A stretch of DNA of 31,670 nucleotides from Ignavibacteria bacterium. GTDB taxonomy: Bacteria > Elusimicrobiota > Endomicrobiia > PHAN01. The stretch is taken from assembly GCA_041694835.1 (NCBI GenBank), contig JBGFRZ010000009.1, positions 1 through 31,670 on the forward strand. The letters run 5' to 3'. A program made the position numbers and the translations under genes. Shown piece after piece: positions 18,901 through 26,648 of the stretch (the first letter of the stretch is position 1; each line of letters begins with the position of its first letter). The notes under the pieces are model-generated. The model had not been told where the DNA came from. It did no database searches and was given only the letters and a program-made list of their open reading frames with translations.

Positions 18901-21900
18901 ATCAATAGTTCCCGTTGACGCAAACAGTGTTGTGATAGTGTTTGGCGGAACTGTATCCGGCCTGGTTTCTGCCGATGCAACAATTTGTATTCCGGAGATA
19001 TTGTTTGATTCATCCTGCGTCTTTATTGCGATATAATATCTTGTGCCTTTAGCAAGGCCTGTGACTATCCTGTTTTCAGTTGTTCCCTGCGGTGAAACCG
19101 GCCAGTTTTGATTAAATACAGTTGCACTCTGCCACCACAATTCTACATTGCCCGTTGGTGAGAATGTAGCATATCGGACATGATATTTTGCTGTTGGCTC
19201 GTTGTTGCCGGTATATCCATCGTCGCCGGGTGCAGTCCATGTAAGATTTATTTCACCGTCATTAGCACCGGTTGATGCGACCAAATTTGTAATTGCGCCT
19301 GGTGGTGTTGTATCTACAGCGCCGGTATTAGAAAGCCGTAACGAAAATGAGAAAGTGCCATCGCCATAAATTTCCATCCCGTAACAATGCGGATTATTGG
19401 TATTATCAGATGTGCCGTCGGTAAAAGCGGTGTTAAGAGTTGTGCCACCAATGTTTAATGTAACCAGCCCACCACTTAAATTCCTGAAACCAAAAACAGG
19501 CGCTGAACTTATCGCAACAACATTTGTTTTACCATTAAAGTACATATCATAAGCATTTGGTACAATACCGAACCTGATATAAACCGCACCTGTAACTGTT
19601 TCTGAGTAATTTGCAGTTAATGTATCACTATAGAGTGCGATTGTTTTTCTTATATGGTTATCCGGTGAGATGAAGGTTATACTTGAACTCCAGACAGAAA
19701 CATTGTAAAGTGCGTTTTCATATACCCCGCCGTTCATCTCACGGAATGCAGATGTTTGTTTTGTTGCCACTTCTTCGCCTTCGTGTTCGCGATTGGTTGC
19801 AGTAGCGCCGATAAGTTGGAGCGCACCTACCGCGGGGTCATACGCAAACGCCGCAACAAGACGTCCACCGATTCTTTCAAACACTGCGAATACTTTATTA
19901 TTTTTCAGAATATATTCCGGCTCGCCATCTAAATCAATATCTGCTGATTGTACACTGACTGCCGACCACTGACCACCTGCCACTTCCTGTGCCCATCTTG
20001 CTGCTGAAGAAATTATTGTTGCATATCTTATATGCCCGTGCAGATACAGCGCCCAGCCGGAAATTGGATTCCAGGTAGTGTCAGGACCATCCCATTTAGA
20101 CCCCTGCTGGTCGTGCCATGCAGTCTCGTATGTAAGGGTATTGTAGACCATAGATGCATATTCTTTCATCTGTCCGCCGGGAGCATTACGAACCGCATCC
20201 CAGGCATCTCTTAAAATTGTTCCCGCCGTATTTATATGCCCGTAGGTTCTGTTTGATGGGATAGTTACACCAGCCCGCACAAACGGTTTCCGATTAGCAA
20301 ACGACTCTTCCAGTGAAGAACCCCAGTACCAGTTATCGTAAGAGCCCTGAGTAGCACGGTTCAGCCAGCAGTATGTCTTTATCGGAAGGTTTATGTTTGT
20401 GCCATGGTCAACAGGCGTCCAGTTACGGCTTAAAACATCTTCAAGTGTGACGGTTTCAATCCATTGTTTATTCGCAATCCAGCGAACAGTTTTGTCCCAG
20501 TTGTCAGGATTCGGATTGGCGGTGGCGTCCGTGAACGACCTGCCAGCATACGCTTCCCAGTCGTCAAATACCAGCACCAATTTTTGTTGGTCTGAATCCA
20601 TTGCGCGTTCTATCAACAGTTTTCTTGTGCCGATATGCAAACCACTATCCTGATTCCAGAATTTTGCACCATCAGGGTCGTAGTATCCGTAAGTTGATTG
20701 CACAGATGCATCTGACGGTGGTAATTCAGCACCTACTCTGACACCATTTATTAAAAATGTTAATACATTATTGATTTTATGCAGTTTGAATTTGTTCTGC
20801 CCGAGCAGACCCAAATTGCTGCTATAAAACCAATCCATAATATGATATTTATCATCCAATATAGTTGCTGTATAGCCCGTCGGCGAAGAAACATTCGCAT
20901 CGTAATAAAGTATATCCTGGAATGTCTGTCCACGAATAACCCGTTCCGGTGTCCAGAAGACCTTTGGCGTCTGCGACAAGCCGAAGACGTTCTTCAGCAG
21001 ATTGTCTCGTTGCCTTATTGATTCAGAATTGACGAAAAGTCCGGCAGAGGCGTTGTTTTCAAAATACGGCATAATATGCTCGGCAAGCACTCCGCCGATA
21101 ATTTTTACTTTCCCAGCAGATTCCATCGCTTTTACTCTGTTAATAAAAGATGGCTGTGCCCATTGTAGTGCAGAAGTTAGTGACCCGGAAATATGCAAAT
21201 TGCCTTTTACACCGTAATTTTCTATCGTATCCAGCCCGCGGACAAATCCTGTTTTGTTTGTAGCAGAACCGGGAGGCTCGTTTCTTTCTACCCAATCGCG
21301 GATATCTTTTGCCTGATTTATTGATTGATTTGCATGATATATAAACGCGTATTTTGCTCTTCCTGTTGATGCATTTGACAAAACATTTCCCCTTAAGAAT
21401 CCGCCTCCCCTGTCTATGGTGGCGCCTGCAGCATCTACCACATCAGAGCCGGGAATCTCGCCGAGACCACCATTAGTCCCGTCCTTTGTAGTATAAATTT
21501 GAAACCGCAATTCCTGTCCATCTGTCCAGCCGTAACTTTTCAAAAGTGCCTTATCAAGCGCAAACTCTACCGAGTCAAGCGCCGAGTTGAACCTCACGCC
21601 TTTAAATGCTGTATTTGAAGTTGACCAATCGTGCCTAAATACATTCCATACGGTGGCGTTGTCAATGGCAACGCAAACTTCCCATGGTGTATCTGTCTGC
21701 GTATCCGCAAAATCGGGAAGCCATGTTTGACCACCCGAAGCGCAGTCAATCGCAAGATAAATGTTCAGGTGAGAATTTTCGGCGAAAAGCCCAAGTTCAT
21801 GAATGTCCACCCGGAAGTAATAGTTATCCCTGCCTTCACGCGAATAAAATGCGACTAAATCTCTTGATGAATCATAGCCGTCATTGAAAACATAAGCATC

Positions 21901-24900
21901 TTCGCAGGGGTCAAGAACACGAACATCAGACGCCTTCCAGTCAAGGAAGTTCCCGTCAATAACGCGTTCTTCAAATTCAGGAAGAACCTGCGGCATTGCG
22001 CTTACTTGCGAAGATGGCGATGAAATACCCCCCGCTGTATCTGATGCCCGGACAACGATATAGTAAGTCGTTCCATTTGTTAAATTAGTAATTGTATAAA
22101 CTGTCGTTGTTTTTGATATAAGCGGACTTGAGTTAGGATAGGGGCCCGTGTTTACTGTTCCCCACCTGACAAAATATCCCGCTAAATCCGGCTCTGTATT
22201 AGCATTCCATGAAACACTTATTGTTCCACTGCTCGCAGTTGCCGCAACACCCGTCGGTGCGGCAGGCGGCGGGTCTTGACCTGCAACCGCATTCACACTA
22301 CCTGTCAAGCCGGATTTTTGTCTTGCCAGGTCCTCTGCTTCTATTTTGAAATGATATGTCGTCCCTGTGAGCAACCCGCCAATCTGATACGAAGTAGAAG
22401 TTGCAGAGACAATGTAAGTATAATTAGGATTTGCCGCCCATGTGCTGTTATAGATATTATATCTTTCCAAATCAAATTCTGTGTTAGCATTCCAGCCAAG
22501 TAAAACGCCTCCAATATTACCTTGTGCTGAAAGTCCTGTCGGTATCGCCGGTATTGCATCGCCCGCGACATTCCATTTGTTTGATACATACATCTTCGGA
22601 CCGTTGTTTGGATTTATTGTGATAAGGCGGTTATTGTTTGGTGCAGTGCCAAAGTCGTTTTCCCATGTTCCACCATTCATTACATATTTATACTGCAACT
22701 GCACACCCGCCGAAAGGTTGAGTGTAATTCTCCAGACACCTAACAAATTACCCGTCTGCTGCGTCATTGCATAATGAGTAGTATTCCACAATGGCTGAAG
22801 TGTATTTTGAGCGATTGCGACGGATGTTACATTACCTAACCCGCGCATGTCAACCTGAAATATCACTTCAACCAAATCCATCGGTCTTGCAGAAACTTCA
22901 GACGAATAATTTGACTCGCCACCCAAAGTATTCACAGCGGTAAGTTTGTAGTAGTAAGTAACCCCATTTGTGAGCGATGTATTAGAGTAAGTTGTTGCAC
23001 CAGAAATAAGTGACTGGTTCACCTTAAAATATACGCCAACTGACGAGCAATACAAATTATAGCCCGCAAGATTTGATTCAGTATTCGGATTCCACTTCAG
23101 GTCAACTTTTTGATTCCCGGCAGTTGCAGTAAGTCCCGTCGGTGCTGATGGCGGCGAAACTGATTGTGCAAGTGCTGATACTTCTGTCGTCGGCGGGCTT
23201 TCGTTACTTAAACCATCTATCGCGGTAAGTTGATAGTAGTAAGTTACACCGGCCGTCAAGCCAGTACTCTGGTATGATGTTTGAACGGTTGTTGGCGTCG
23301 CAGTCGCGGTTTTGAGCAAGAAGCCACAGGAATATGTTGATACATAGAGTTTGTAATTTGCTAAATCCGTCTCTAAATTTTTCGTCCAGTAAACTATTGT
23401 TGATGTTACACCGCCGGTAGCATAGAAATTGATTGGTGTCTGGGGTGGTCTGTTATCAATCGCGACGGGTGAAGTCGTTATTGGCGCAGAAAACGAACTT
23501 TCCGGATTCGTCCCTGTTGATTTTACACTGGTCACCGAGTACTGATAAGTTGTGCCATTAACAAGTGCAGTATTAGACGGTGTAGAAATAGTCACAGCAT
23601 AACCCGTGGTCCAGGTTATCAGCGATGCAAGCCGTACATAAGTTGAGTTGCTCACGCTCCACTCATAAATGTTATATCCTGCAAGAGAAACGCCTGTTAC
23701 CGGCTCCCACAATAAATCAATCCGCTGGTTTTTTGCCGTCGGCGTTAGTCGTGTTGGTGCAGGTGGTGGGGTATTATCTGCAGGACTTACCGTGATTTTC
23801 CAATTTGCCCCGCCGTTGTTGTCCCAGGTGCCATCATCCCACTGAAAGACAAAATTTATTTCTGAAACTGACTGACTGCCTAAAAACGGGCCGAGTGTAA
23901 TATAGTATGAAGTCCCGTTCCATAAGAGTCGCGTCTGAACCGCCTGGACCGAATGAATTGTCGTCGTAGAGTTCGCAGGCCAGTATTCCGACGACGGTTG
24001 GGTCCAGTTATTCACGCCCCAGTGCAATTTGCCCGGCTTAACCTGTGAGGCATATATCGTCACCTGCTGGTCGGCCGTCGGATTCGTCGGCGTCCACAAT
24101 TGCGTTCCTCCGCCGCCGGCGCCCGCGCCATCGCCAACCCAGACATGCTGTATCGGAGAGCGACGGACATTCCCCTTTTTGTCAGTCGCTTCAACATAAT
24201 AGTCAACTAATTTGTTTGGTCCAACGTTTATCTCAGCCCAATATCGCAACGGCAGATATTTCGGCTGAACGGGCGTCGGGATTTGTTCAGTGCCGTTTAT
24301 GAATAGTTTGACCGGCCATGTGCCCGACGACATCACGATTTCCTGCCACGTTCCGACCGCTGTTCCACCAGCATAAGTGAAATTATCTGGATGAACCGGT
24401 GTTTTATTGGTGCCGGTTGCTGTTCGGTATTTCAATTTTACCGACGAGAGCCCTGAAGCGTCATAGGCGAATGTAAATACATGAAAATTAGTTGGATAAT
24501 TCCAGGATTTCCATTTGTATGCGCAACCGAAATTCAAAGCACCTGGATTATACGGAAATCTCTGAGGCACCCAGATGGTCGGTGGGACCGTTTCCGAGAA
24601 TCCCGACGGAAGTTCCCCCGTGTGTCCAAGCACGGCGTCAGCATAATCAGCAGCGCGATTTCCCCCGACGACGGGTATGAAAGTAAAATCCGACGATGTA
24701 CCATAATAAATATGGCCTGAGTCGCCGAAGCCCAGAAGATAATGCCAGGCATATTCTAAATTATTTCCGCCTGTTTCTGGACGGACAATTCTATAAATAT
24801 TTGGCGCAGAACCAAATCTCTGCTCGGCAGTCAAAACACGATTCGTGAGTGCCGTCGTGATTGCCCAGAACTGTGAGTTGTCGTCCCAGGCGGTCGCGTC

Positions 24901-26223
24901 AAAAATCGGATGTTCGTTCAACCCGCGCGGGTTAATCCATGGCCAATTCCAGTTTGAAAAAGTCGGAGAACCAAAGTCGCCCGCTGCATTTACCCATGGC
25001 CCATCTTCAACATGAATAACATCATTTATATCAACGGGATGGTCTGACAGATACTGCGATACCTGAGACGGCGTATAGCCCCTTGCAGATGCGCCACTCG
25101 CCTTATTCGGAGTATTCGTCATATAGGAATCAAACCCACCACCCCATGCGTTGTCACCGTCGTGTGCTAATACAACAAGTGGCGGTTTCCCGGGCTCTGC
25201 CGCAGCTGCCGGTGCATCAAACAAATCCACAGGAAATGTCTGATAACCATCAACATAACTTTCATAATCTGCAAAGGGAACGGCGATAATTTTATGTATC
25301 GTTCCATCGTTGGGGTCAACATATTGAGTATATCTTGGTCTGTATGAATATCTTAGTTCGTTCGTTGTAGGTCTTCCATCAATATTCGCTTTACGCCATT
25401 GTGGAGTATAACCACCAGGGAAAGAATTTCGCTGGTCGGCACGGTTTGGGGGTTCAGTGTTCATTCCGTTTCCAGGCGTTGCTACGGTTGACCACTCGGG
25501 ATAAGCCCTTGAGATATGCGAGTTTGCGACATAAGTCCAGGTTATACCTTCTTGAAGAAGATAAGGTATCATCCTTATTGAAAACGCGCCTTCCAAGGGC
25601 CAGAAACCGGTTGACATCGGCACATGATTTCCCCAGTGTTCTGAATAAATTGCTTTATATGTCTGTATGTATCTTCGGGCAAGTGTATCGTCGGGAAGGA
25701 GTGGGAAGAAGTTATGATGGAAACCAGTTAACACAATATCCATCCGCGTTTTTCCGCCTGAAGTCATCCAGCCGCGCGCTTCGCGCCAGGGGTCTTTCCA
25801 GCTGGGTGAATATCCGAGCCGGAACTGAGCGCCGAGCGCCCCGACATTCTCAGCAAGCGCACCCGTGTAAGAAACAGTAAAACCCGCCTCGGGATAAGTA
25901 CCGATTGTGCCCAGGGCGTCCCTGCATCTGTACTGATATGCCGCTACTCTATCGGCTAAACCAAAGATAGCGGAAAGGTCGTTGTTGGGATGTCCCGGCC
26001 ACGGTGAGTTGTTTTTGTTGTCTATCGACTCAGGCGCCAACTCCCATCTTGCGATTCCCGCCCTTGATTGGTTCGGCCAGTAAATTGGCTGATGGTCGTG
26101 CCAGTGATTGACATAATGGAGAGATGAACCAGCGTAAAGACAGGTAGAAAGGTAGAAAGGTAGAGAGGTGGAGAGGTAGAAAGCAAAACCTAAGCATCTT
26201 TTTTTAATTTTCATTCTACACAT
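9955..26223 (-). CDS. Giant (5422 aa) secreted multi-domain alpha-glucan hydrolase: 3 GH57-like regions, CBM-like modules, Fn3 repeats, C-terminal DUF11
   Basis: HDHQP/FWPLE/HDGDN, HANQ/FWTPE/FDDWE and HMHQP/FPPE/HDGDN motif sets; two LHWGVNNW...WDNN modules; YKYV..G.WE module; many WTAPGDDG...TYYF Fn3 units; N-terminal signal peptide. Confidence 0.85.
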   Translation of the reverse strand: MCRMKIKKRCLGFAFYLSTSLPFYLSTCLYAGSSLHYVNHWHDHQPIYWPNQSRAGIARWELAPESIDNKNNSPWPGHPNNDLSAIFGLADRVAAYQYRCRDALGTIGTYPEAGFTVSYTGALAENVGALGAQFRLGYSPSWKDPWREARGWMTSGGKTRMDIVLTGFHHNFFPLLPDDTLARRYIQTYKAIYSEHWGNHVPMSTGFWPLEGAFSIRMIPYLLQEGITWTYVANSHISRAYPEWSTVATPGNGMNTEPPNRADQRNSFPGGYTPQWRKANIDGRPTTNELRYSYRPRYTQYVDPNDGTIHKIIAVPFADYESYVDGYQTFPVDLFDAPAAAAEPGKPPLVVLAHDGDNAWGGGFDSYMTNTPNKASGASARGYTPSQVSQYLSDHPVDINDVIHVEDGPWVNAAGDFGSPTFSNWNWPWINPRGLNEHPIFDATAWDDNSQFWAITTALTNRVLTAEQRFGSAPNIYRIVRPETGGNNLEYAWHYLLGFGDSGHIYYGTSSDFTFIPVVGGNRAADYADAVLGHTGELPSGFSETVPPTIWVPQRFPYNPGALNFGCAYKWKSWNYPTNFHVFTFAYDASGLSSVKLKYRTATGTNKTPVHPDNFTYAGGTAVGTWQEIVMSSGTWPVKLFINGTEQIPTPVQPKYLPLRYWAEINVGPNKLVDYYVEATDKKGNVRRSPIQHVWVGDGAGAGGGGTQLWTPTNPTADQQVTIYASQVKPGKLHWGVNNWTQPSSEYWPANSTTTIHSVQAVQTRLLWNGTSYYITLGPFLGSQSVSEINFVFQWDDGTWDNNGGANWKITVSPADNTPPPAPTRLTPTAKNQRIDLLWEPVTGVSLAGYNIYEWSVSNSTYVRLASLITWTTGYAVTISTPSNTALVNGTTYQYSVTSVKSTGTNPESSFSAPITTSPVAIDNRPPQTPINFYATGGVTSTIVYWTKNLETDLANYKLYVSTYSCGFLLKTATATPTTVQTSYQSTGLTAGVTYYYQLTAIDGLSNESPPTTEVSALAQSVSPPSAPTGLTATAGNQKVDLKWNPNTESNLAGYNLYCSSVGVYFKVNQSLISGATTYSNTSLTNGVTYYYKLTAVNTLGGESNYSSEVSARPMDLVEVIFQVDMRGLGNVTSVAIAQNTLQPLWNTTHYAMTQQTGNLLGVWRITLNLSAGVQLQYKYVMNGGTWENDFGTAPNNNRLITINPNNGPKMYVSNKWNVAGDAIPAIPTGLSAQGNIGGVLLGWNANTEFDLERYNIYNSTWAANPNYTYIVSATSTSYQIGGLLTGTTYHFKIEAEDLARQKSGLTGSVNAVAGQDPPPAAPTGVAATASSGTISVSWNANTEPDLAGYFVRWGTVNTGPYPNSSPLISKTTTVYTITNLTNGTTYYIVVRASDTAGGISSPSSQVSAMPQVLPEFEERVIDGNFLDWKASDVRVLDPCEDAYVFNDGYDSSRDLVAFYSREGRDNYYFRVDIHELGLFAENSHLNIYLAIDCASGGQTWLPDFADTQTDTPWEVCVAIDNATVWNVFRHDWSTSNTAFKGVRFNSALDSVEFALDKALLKSYGWTDGQELRFQIYTTKDGTNGGLGEIPGSDVVDAAGATIDRGGGFLRGNVLSNASTGRAKYAFIYHANQSINQAKDIRDWVERNEPPGSATNKTGFVRGLDTIENYGVKGNLHISGSLTSALQWAQPSFINRVKAMESAGKVKIIGGVLAEHIMPYFENNASAGLFVNSESIRQRDNLLKNVFGLSQTPKVFWTPERVIRGQTFQDILYYDANVSSPTGYTATILDDKYHIMDWFYSSNLGLLGQNKFKLHKINNVLTFLINGVRVGAELPPSDASVQSTYGYYDPDGAKFWNQDSGLHIGTRKLLIERAMDSDQQKLVLVFDDWEAYAGRSFTDATANPNPDNWDKTVRWIANKQWIETVTLEDVLSRNWTPVDHGTNINLPIKTYCWLNRATQGSYDNWYWGSSLEESFANRKPFVRAGVTIPSNRTYGHINTAGTILRDAWDAVRNAPGGQMKEYASMVYNTLTYETAWHDQQGSKWDGPDTTWNPISGWALYLHGHIRYATIISSAARWAQEVAGGQWSAVSVQSADIDLDGEPEYILKNNKVFAVFERIGGRLVAAFAYDPAVGALQLIGATATNREHEGEEVATKQTSAFREMNGGVYENALYNVSVWSSSITFISPDNHIRKTIALYSDTLTANYSETVTGAVYIRFGIVPNAYDMYFNGKTNVVAISSAPVFGFRNLSGGLVTLNIGGTTLNTAFTDGTSDNTNNPHCYGMEIYGDGTFSFSLRLSNTGAVDTTPPGAITNLVASTGANDGEINLTWTAPGDDGYTGNNEPTAKYHVRYATFSPTGNVELWWQSATVFNQNWPVSPQGTTENRIVTGLAKGTRYYIAIKTQDESNNISGIQIVASAETRPDTVPPNTITTLFASTGTIDGSIILSWLAPGDDGNVGTAKEYDIRLSSIASDSPAINLTKFSQAQLVSTLSPIPYPLPSGSFQAMTVTGLIPGNTYYFAMRAKDASIWSDLSNGATSIARIDNIPPSDITNLVATTGLSAGNINLSWTAPGNDGTIGTASAYTIKISSTANITNNTQFDAALPLSALSPTQIQIPATAGMTESLIVTGLVPGATYYFAIRARDQANNINNWVSDLTKNTTNFARAGLSAVTDFRASTQTTISIRWDWSDITGETGYQIVADTFTYNASPVLAANTTFYVESGLSPNQKLIRRVKAFFDGLTSLSNSATSWTLSNPPTGSNIVSVSVSSISISWSANNNPDYTQYQIERSTTGSVFLPLYLSTSLTYSDISITEGSTYFYRVRSLNGNNIASSFDTTVSTTVPRIPPAAITNLSALTGATQGSVNLSWTAPKEDGATGGAVTSYIVKYASFPVDDTNWSQATTASNPPAPLTPGFTQTMTIMNLTAGATYYFRIKSVDDAWNISPISNSASSIAAGVGAQLPKPPIYIAFLWHMHQPIYYPYENVVQTNDANRYSFSVINVHTSRTGPYTSWPKGAVEKGLGLRKLGAQVSFSGSLMENINNIVAANRGFWSGWQNDYITARNWLTQAEPSIPPGAVSAGGGNPRMDMVAFGHHHPLMGLIDYNDIRRQIQLHRLRFGQVFGTTPPYSKGIFPPENAFRPEMIPALVDEGIQWVLVDNVHFDRTVKGYPWNSGGNLYEPNPADQLNNPAGITWLQLTNLWAPTRVSVPWGYRPHYVAYRDPTTGETKKIIAVPGARYEGNEDARGGFGALQYEAVMSQYEQYNTDARRPMLVVLPHDGDNYGGGTESYYGSNFQNFVNWLLANPHRFVCTTIQDYLDMFPPDPVNDVIHVENGSWSGADNGDPEFLKWNAPPDATGYSHDRNSWAVMIAAKNRLDTAEKNLPAASLSDILNNTGNNTAKAWHYYYCGQQSCYWYWDGTEIWDSNPTRAANQAVHYADLVLGANPADTVGPSIYYPQRDPYNPGGNEWGKLQTSTFTVWTLVYDVSGLSSVQLKYRIDPDGVRDSSNGLYSGGTWNSISMTSRDWASRTNPAPTYKASEYSARVTGVSNALVDYYVEATDTKGNISKSPILHVWVGQATTPSPTTLWTPTNPTTNDVITIRASVDNKPGKLHWGVNNWIQPNSVYWPGNSTTTIWGTDGKAVQTVLLSTETGKYFIQLGPFNKSQQQVSQINFVFNWNDGTWDNNSNQNWNINLSVVAATPTVSITYPAQNFSVTTSSVDISATATDDVGVTKVEFFYRSTATVTWTFISSHTVSPYVTSWNVTGLNEDSDYILQARAYDADNNVGISPDVKVRINLINQPPSVTILEPVGGELWTGSRNIRWTATDPDGDTLGITLQYIRSDITWTNIATNLLNIGTHTWNTTFLPNSTSYMVRVIASDNGGLTGISISGQFTLRNYPGTITDLTASSALDGQGIELSWTAPGADWTVATCSAYDIKYSTSISASPAISIDNFNSARSVSQFSPIPPPSPPGSGQTLLLTGLLSNATYYFAIRSRDEVPLWSEISNGATAYTLPDIIAPAAVANLSATVLSANSVRLTWTSPGDDGNSGTLLSGSKFVVKYSTNSADGWSSVNVVTISTSNVSPGSSQIRIIENLLNGTSHYFWIRTYDEVGNESELSNGATAYTPAGVTFRNITVDGSLADWLPAENMGLRNGNTFYFTWSSTAIYICYAGPDVNTTNNDFFVLFDTHTDYNTTVGTTSPVTAWDGAENHILPFRADYALCVEGTGYRAVRNWTGSLWNDPGNGGGIASVSLGATVNEIAILRSTLNNPTKLRVLMFHKWETARNVYNAYPTQNPAPNDASNVTFTHFYDVNLVSGVNPKDSPVLSTTTANTDNIPPSAINNLSASPGPSAGQISINWTATGDDGTSGNVSNGYWRIAFSTNPAFNFQLANYNIQISTSYSPSSGHSYTISELIWGATYYIRLWAADENNNWSAISNGATNYVATGSPTPVMDGTKDAAWGTTPVGTSPNSRQPGDFSRGIFVTYDANYLYIGFWFGGDPWDESPTARSAHYNFFIDTNTTSGGSSDPWQSNTGINWTNRPDIAVCGWVNGTGATSFGGMTRYVWTGSAWGTGTSMTSGTDFGSNKNNNWAEFRLPRTSLGLTAGKTLQILGIFRPADNKPGVSDSTPYDSACSDWADVGATLTQFFTYTIPSDDSTPPAAVIDLSAQPGADAGTVQLQWTATGDDGNTGNIVNGQFEIRYSTSFDFSTFLPLYLSTSSASGSIQNYTVAGLVPASTYYFRLRLADEVPNWSGLSNTATTYATPQPSPCGPFTPVIDGTKDSFWGSVPNTISVGFKSPDNRARDLYITNDAQFLYLGFQFNGDPWNDGLSAHYNFFFDTVTVSGTTTDPWMSNTTINWNHKPDIAVNGWINGPTATSLGGMLRFRSDGINWGPGASMVSGTDFASNKTNDWAEFRIPLSVLGITTGQNVHIVHIFRPAENKPGITDSTPYDASACNDWGNSNSVVTASYTYTLRSLGDITAPAAVTSLSAQAGTTEGQITLSWISPGDDNWSGTLVSGSMFKVQYSTYTEVVWSTSNAQVIISTSGVSPLFAIRYSLFAMSPGATYFFRLWTRDEAFNWSGISNAATTWAQVDVTPPAVITDLTAAVGVNSGEINLQWTSPGDDGTVGNIVNGSFEIRYSTSSDLSTFLSIYLSTSSTSGSIQNYTITGLEPARTYFFRLRTADERSNWSVFSNTASAYAQFDNVPPAMVSDLFAEPGFGERNVRLRWTSPGDDGNVGNIVNGQFEIRHSTSSDLSTFLSIYLSTSTTSGSIQSYTVTGLLGGSTYYFRIRTADEETPPFKQRNWSELSNTTSTITNFVVITATKSIFEVTSSSRPGGVITYRIMVTNNGNIAQSNVVIRDKIPQNCNYVAETIHLGGVLKTDALDGDEAEFDISNNLVKVNIPTIGVAESVVIEFKAQIK
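26142..26181. repeat. AGGTAGAR octamer x5 within the signal-peptide coding region
   Basis: AGGTAGAA AGGTAGAA AGGTAGAG AGGTGGAG AGGTAGAA encoding FYLSTSLPFYLST. Confidence 0.8.
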
Positions 26224-26368
26224 TTAACCACCCAAGCACCCAATAACCCAATGGTATTACCGATTGGCTACCTTATCTTTAATTTTTGTTCTACTAAAAA
26301 ATAGTGTCAGGGGAAATTTCATAAGTTCCGCACCTTGAACACCTCTCCAGCCTTATTCTATGAATTAG

Positions 26369-26414
26369 GTTAATCGCTTAACTACATTGTAACAAAAAAA
26401 GAGACCTCTGTCAA
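26369..26414 (-). promoter_or_regulatory. Promoter plus LacI-type operator 1
   Basis: Minus strand TTGACA-17-TACAAT; palindrome GTTAATCGCTTAAC (26369-26382) 3 nt downstream of -10. Confidence 0.8.
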
Positions 26415-26547
26415 CTCTCCTTAAAAAATTTATCGCGTTTGTGCGCCCGCCGCAGAACACTCGTCGGAAATTCTTAAAACATCTTTGCATGGGATGATGG
26501 ATGAAATCCTTGTGTGTCATTTTATCTTTGCGCTATTGATTAATCTG

Positions 26548-26593
26548 ATTAAGCGGTTAACTATATTATACCTAAAAAAGAGGCCTTTGTCAA
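26548..26593 (-). promoter_or_regulatory. Promoter plus LacI-type operator 2
   Basis: Minus strand consensus TTGACA-17-TATAAT; ATTAAGCGGTTAAC (26548-26561) 3 nt downstream of -10. Confidence 0.8.
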
Positions 26594-26648
26594 GGTTTTT
26601 TTACAAGGGTTTTTAGGTTGTTTTTCTACTTGCTACTTTGCTATTTCC

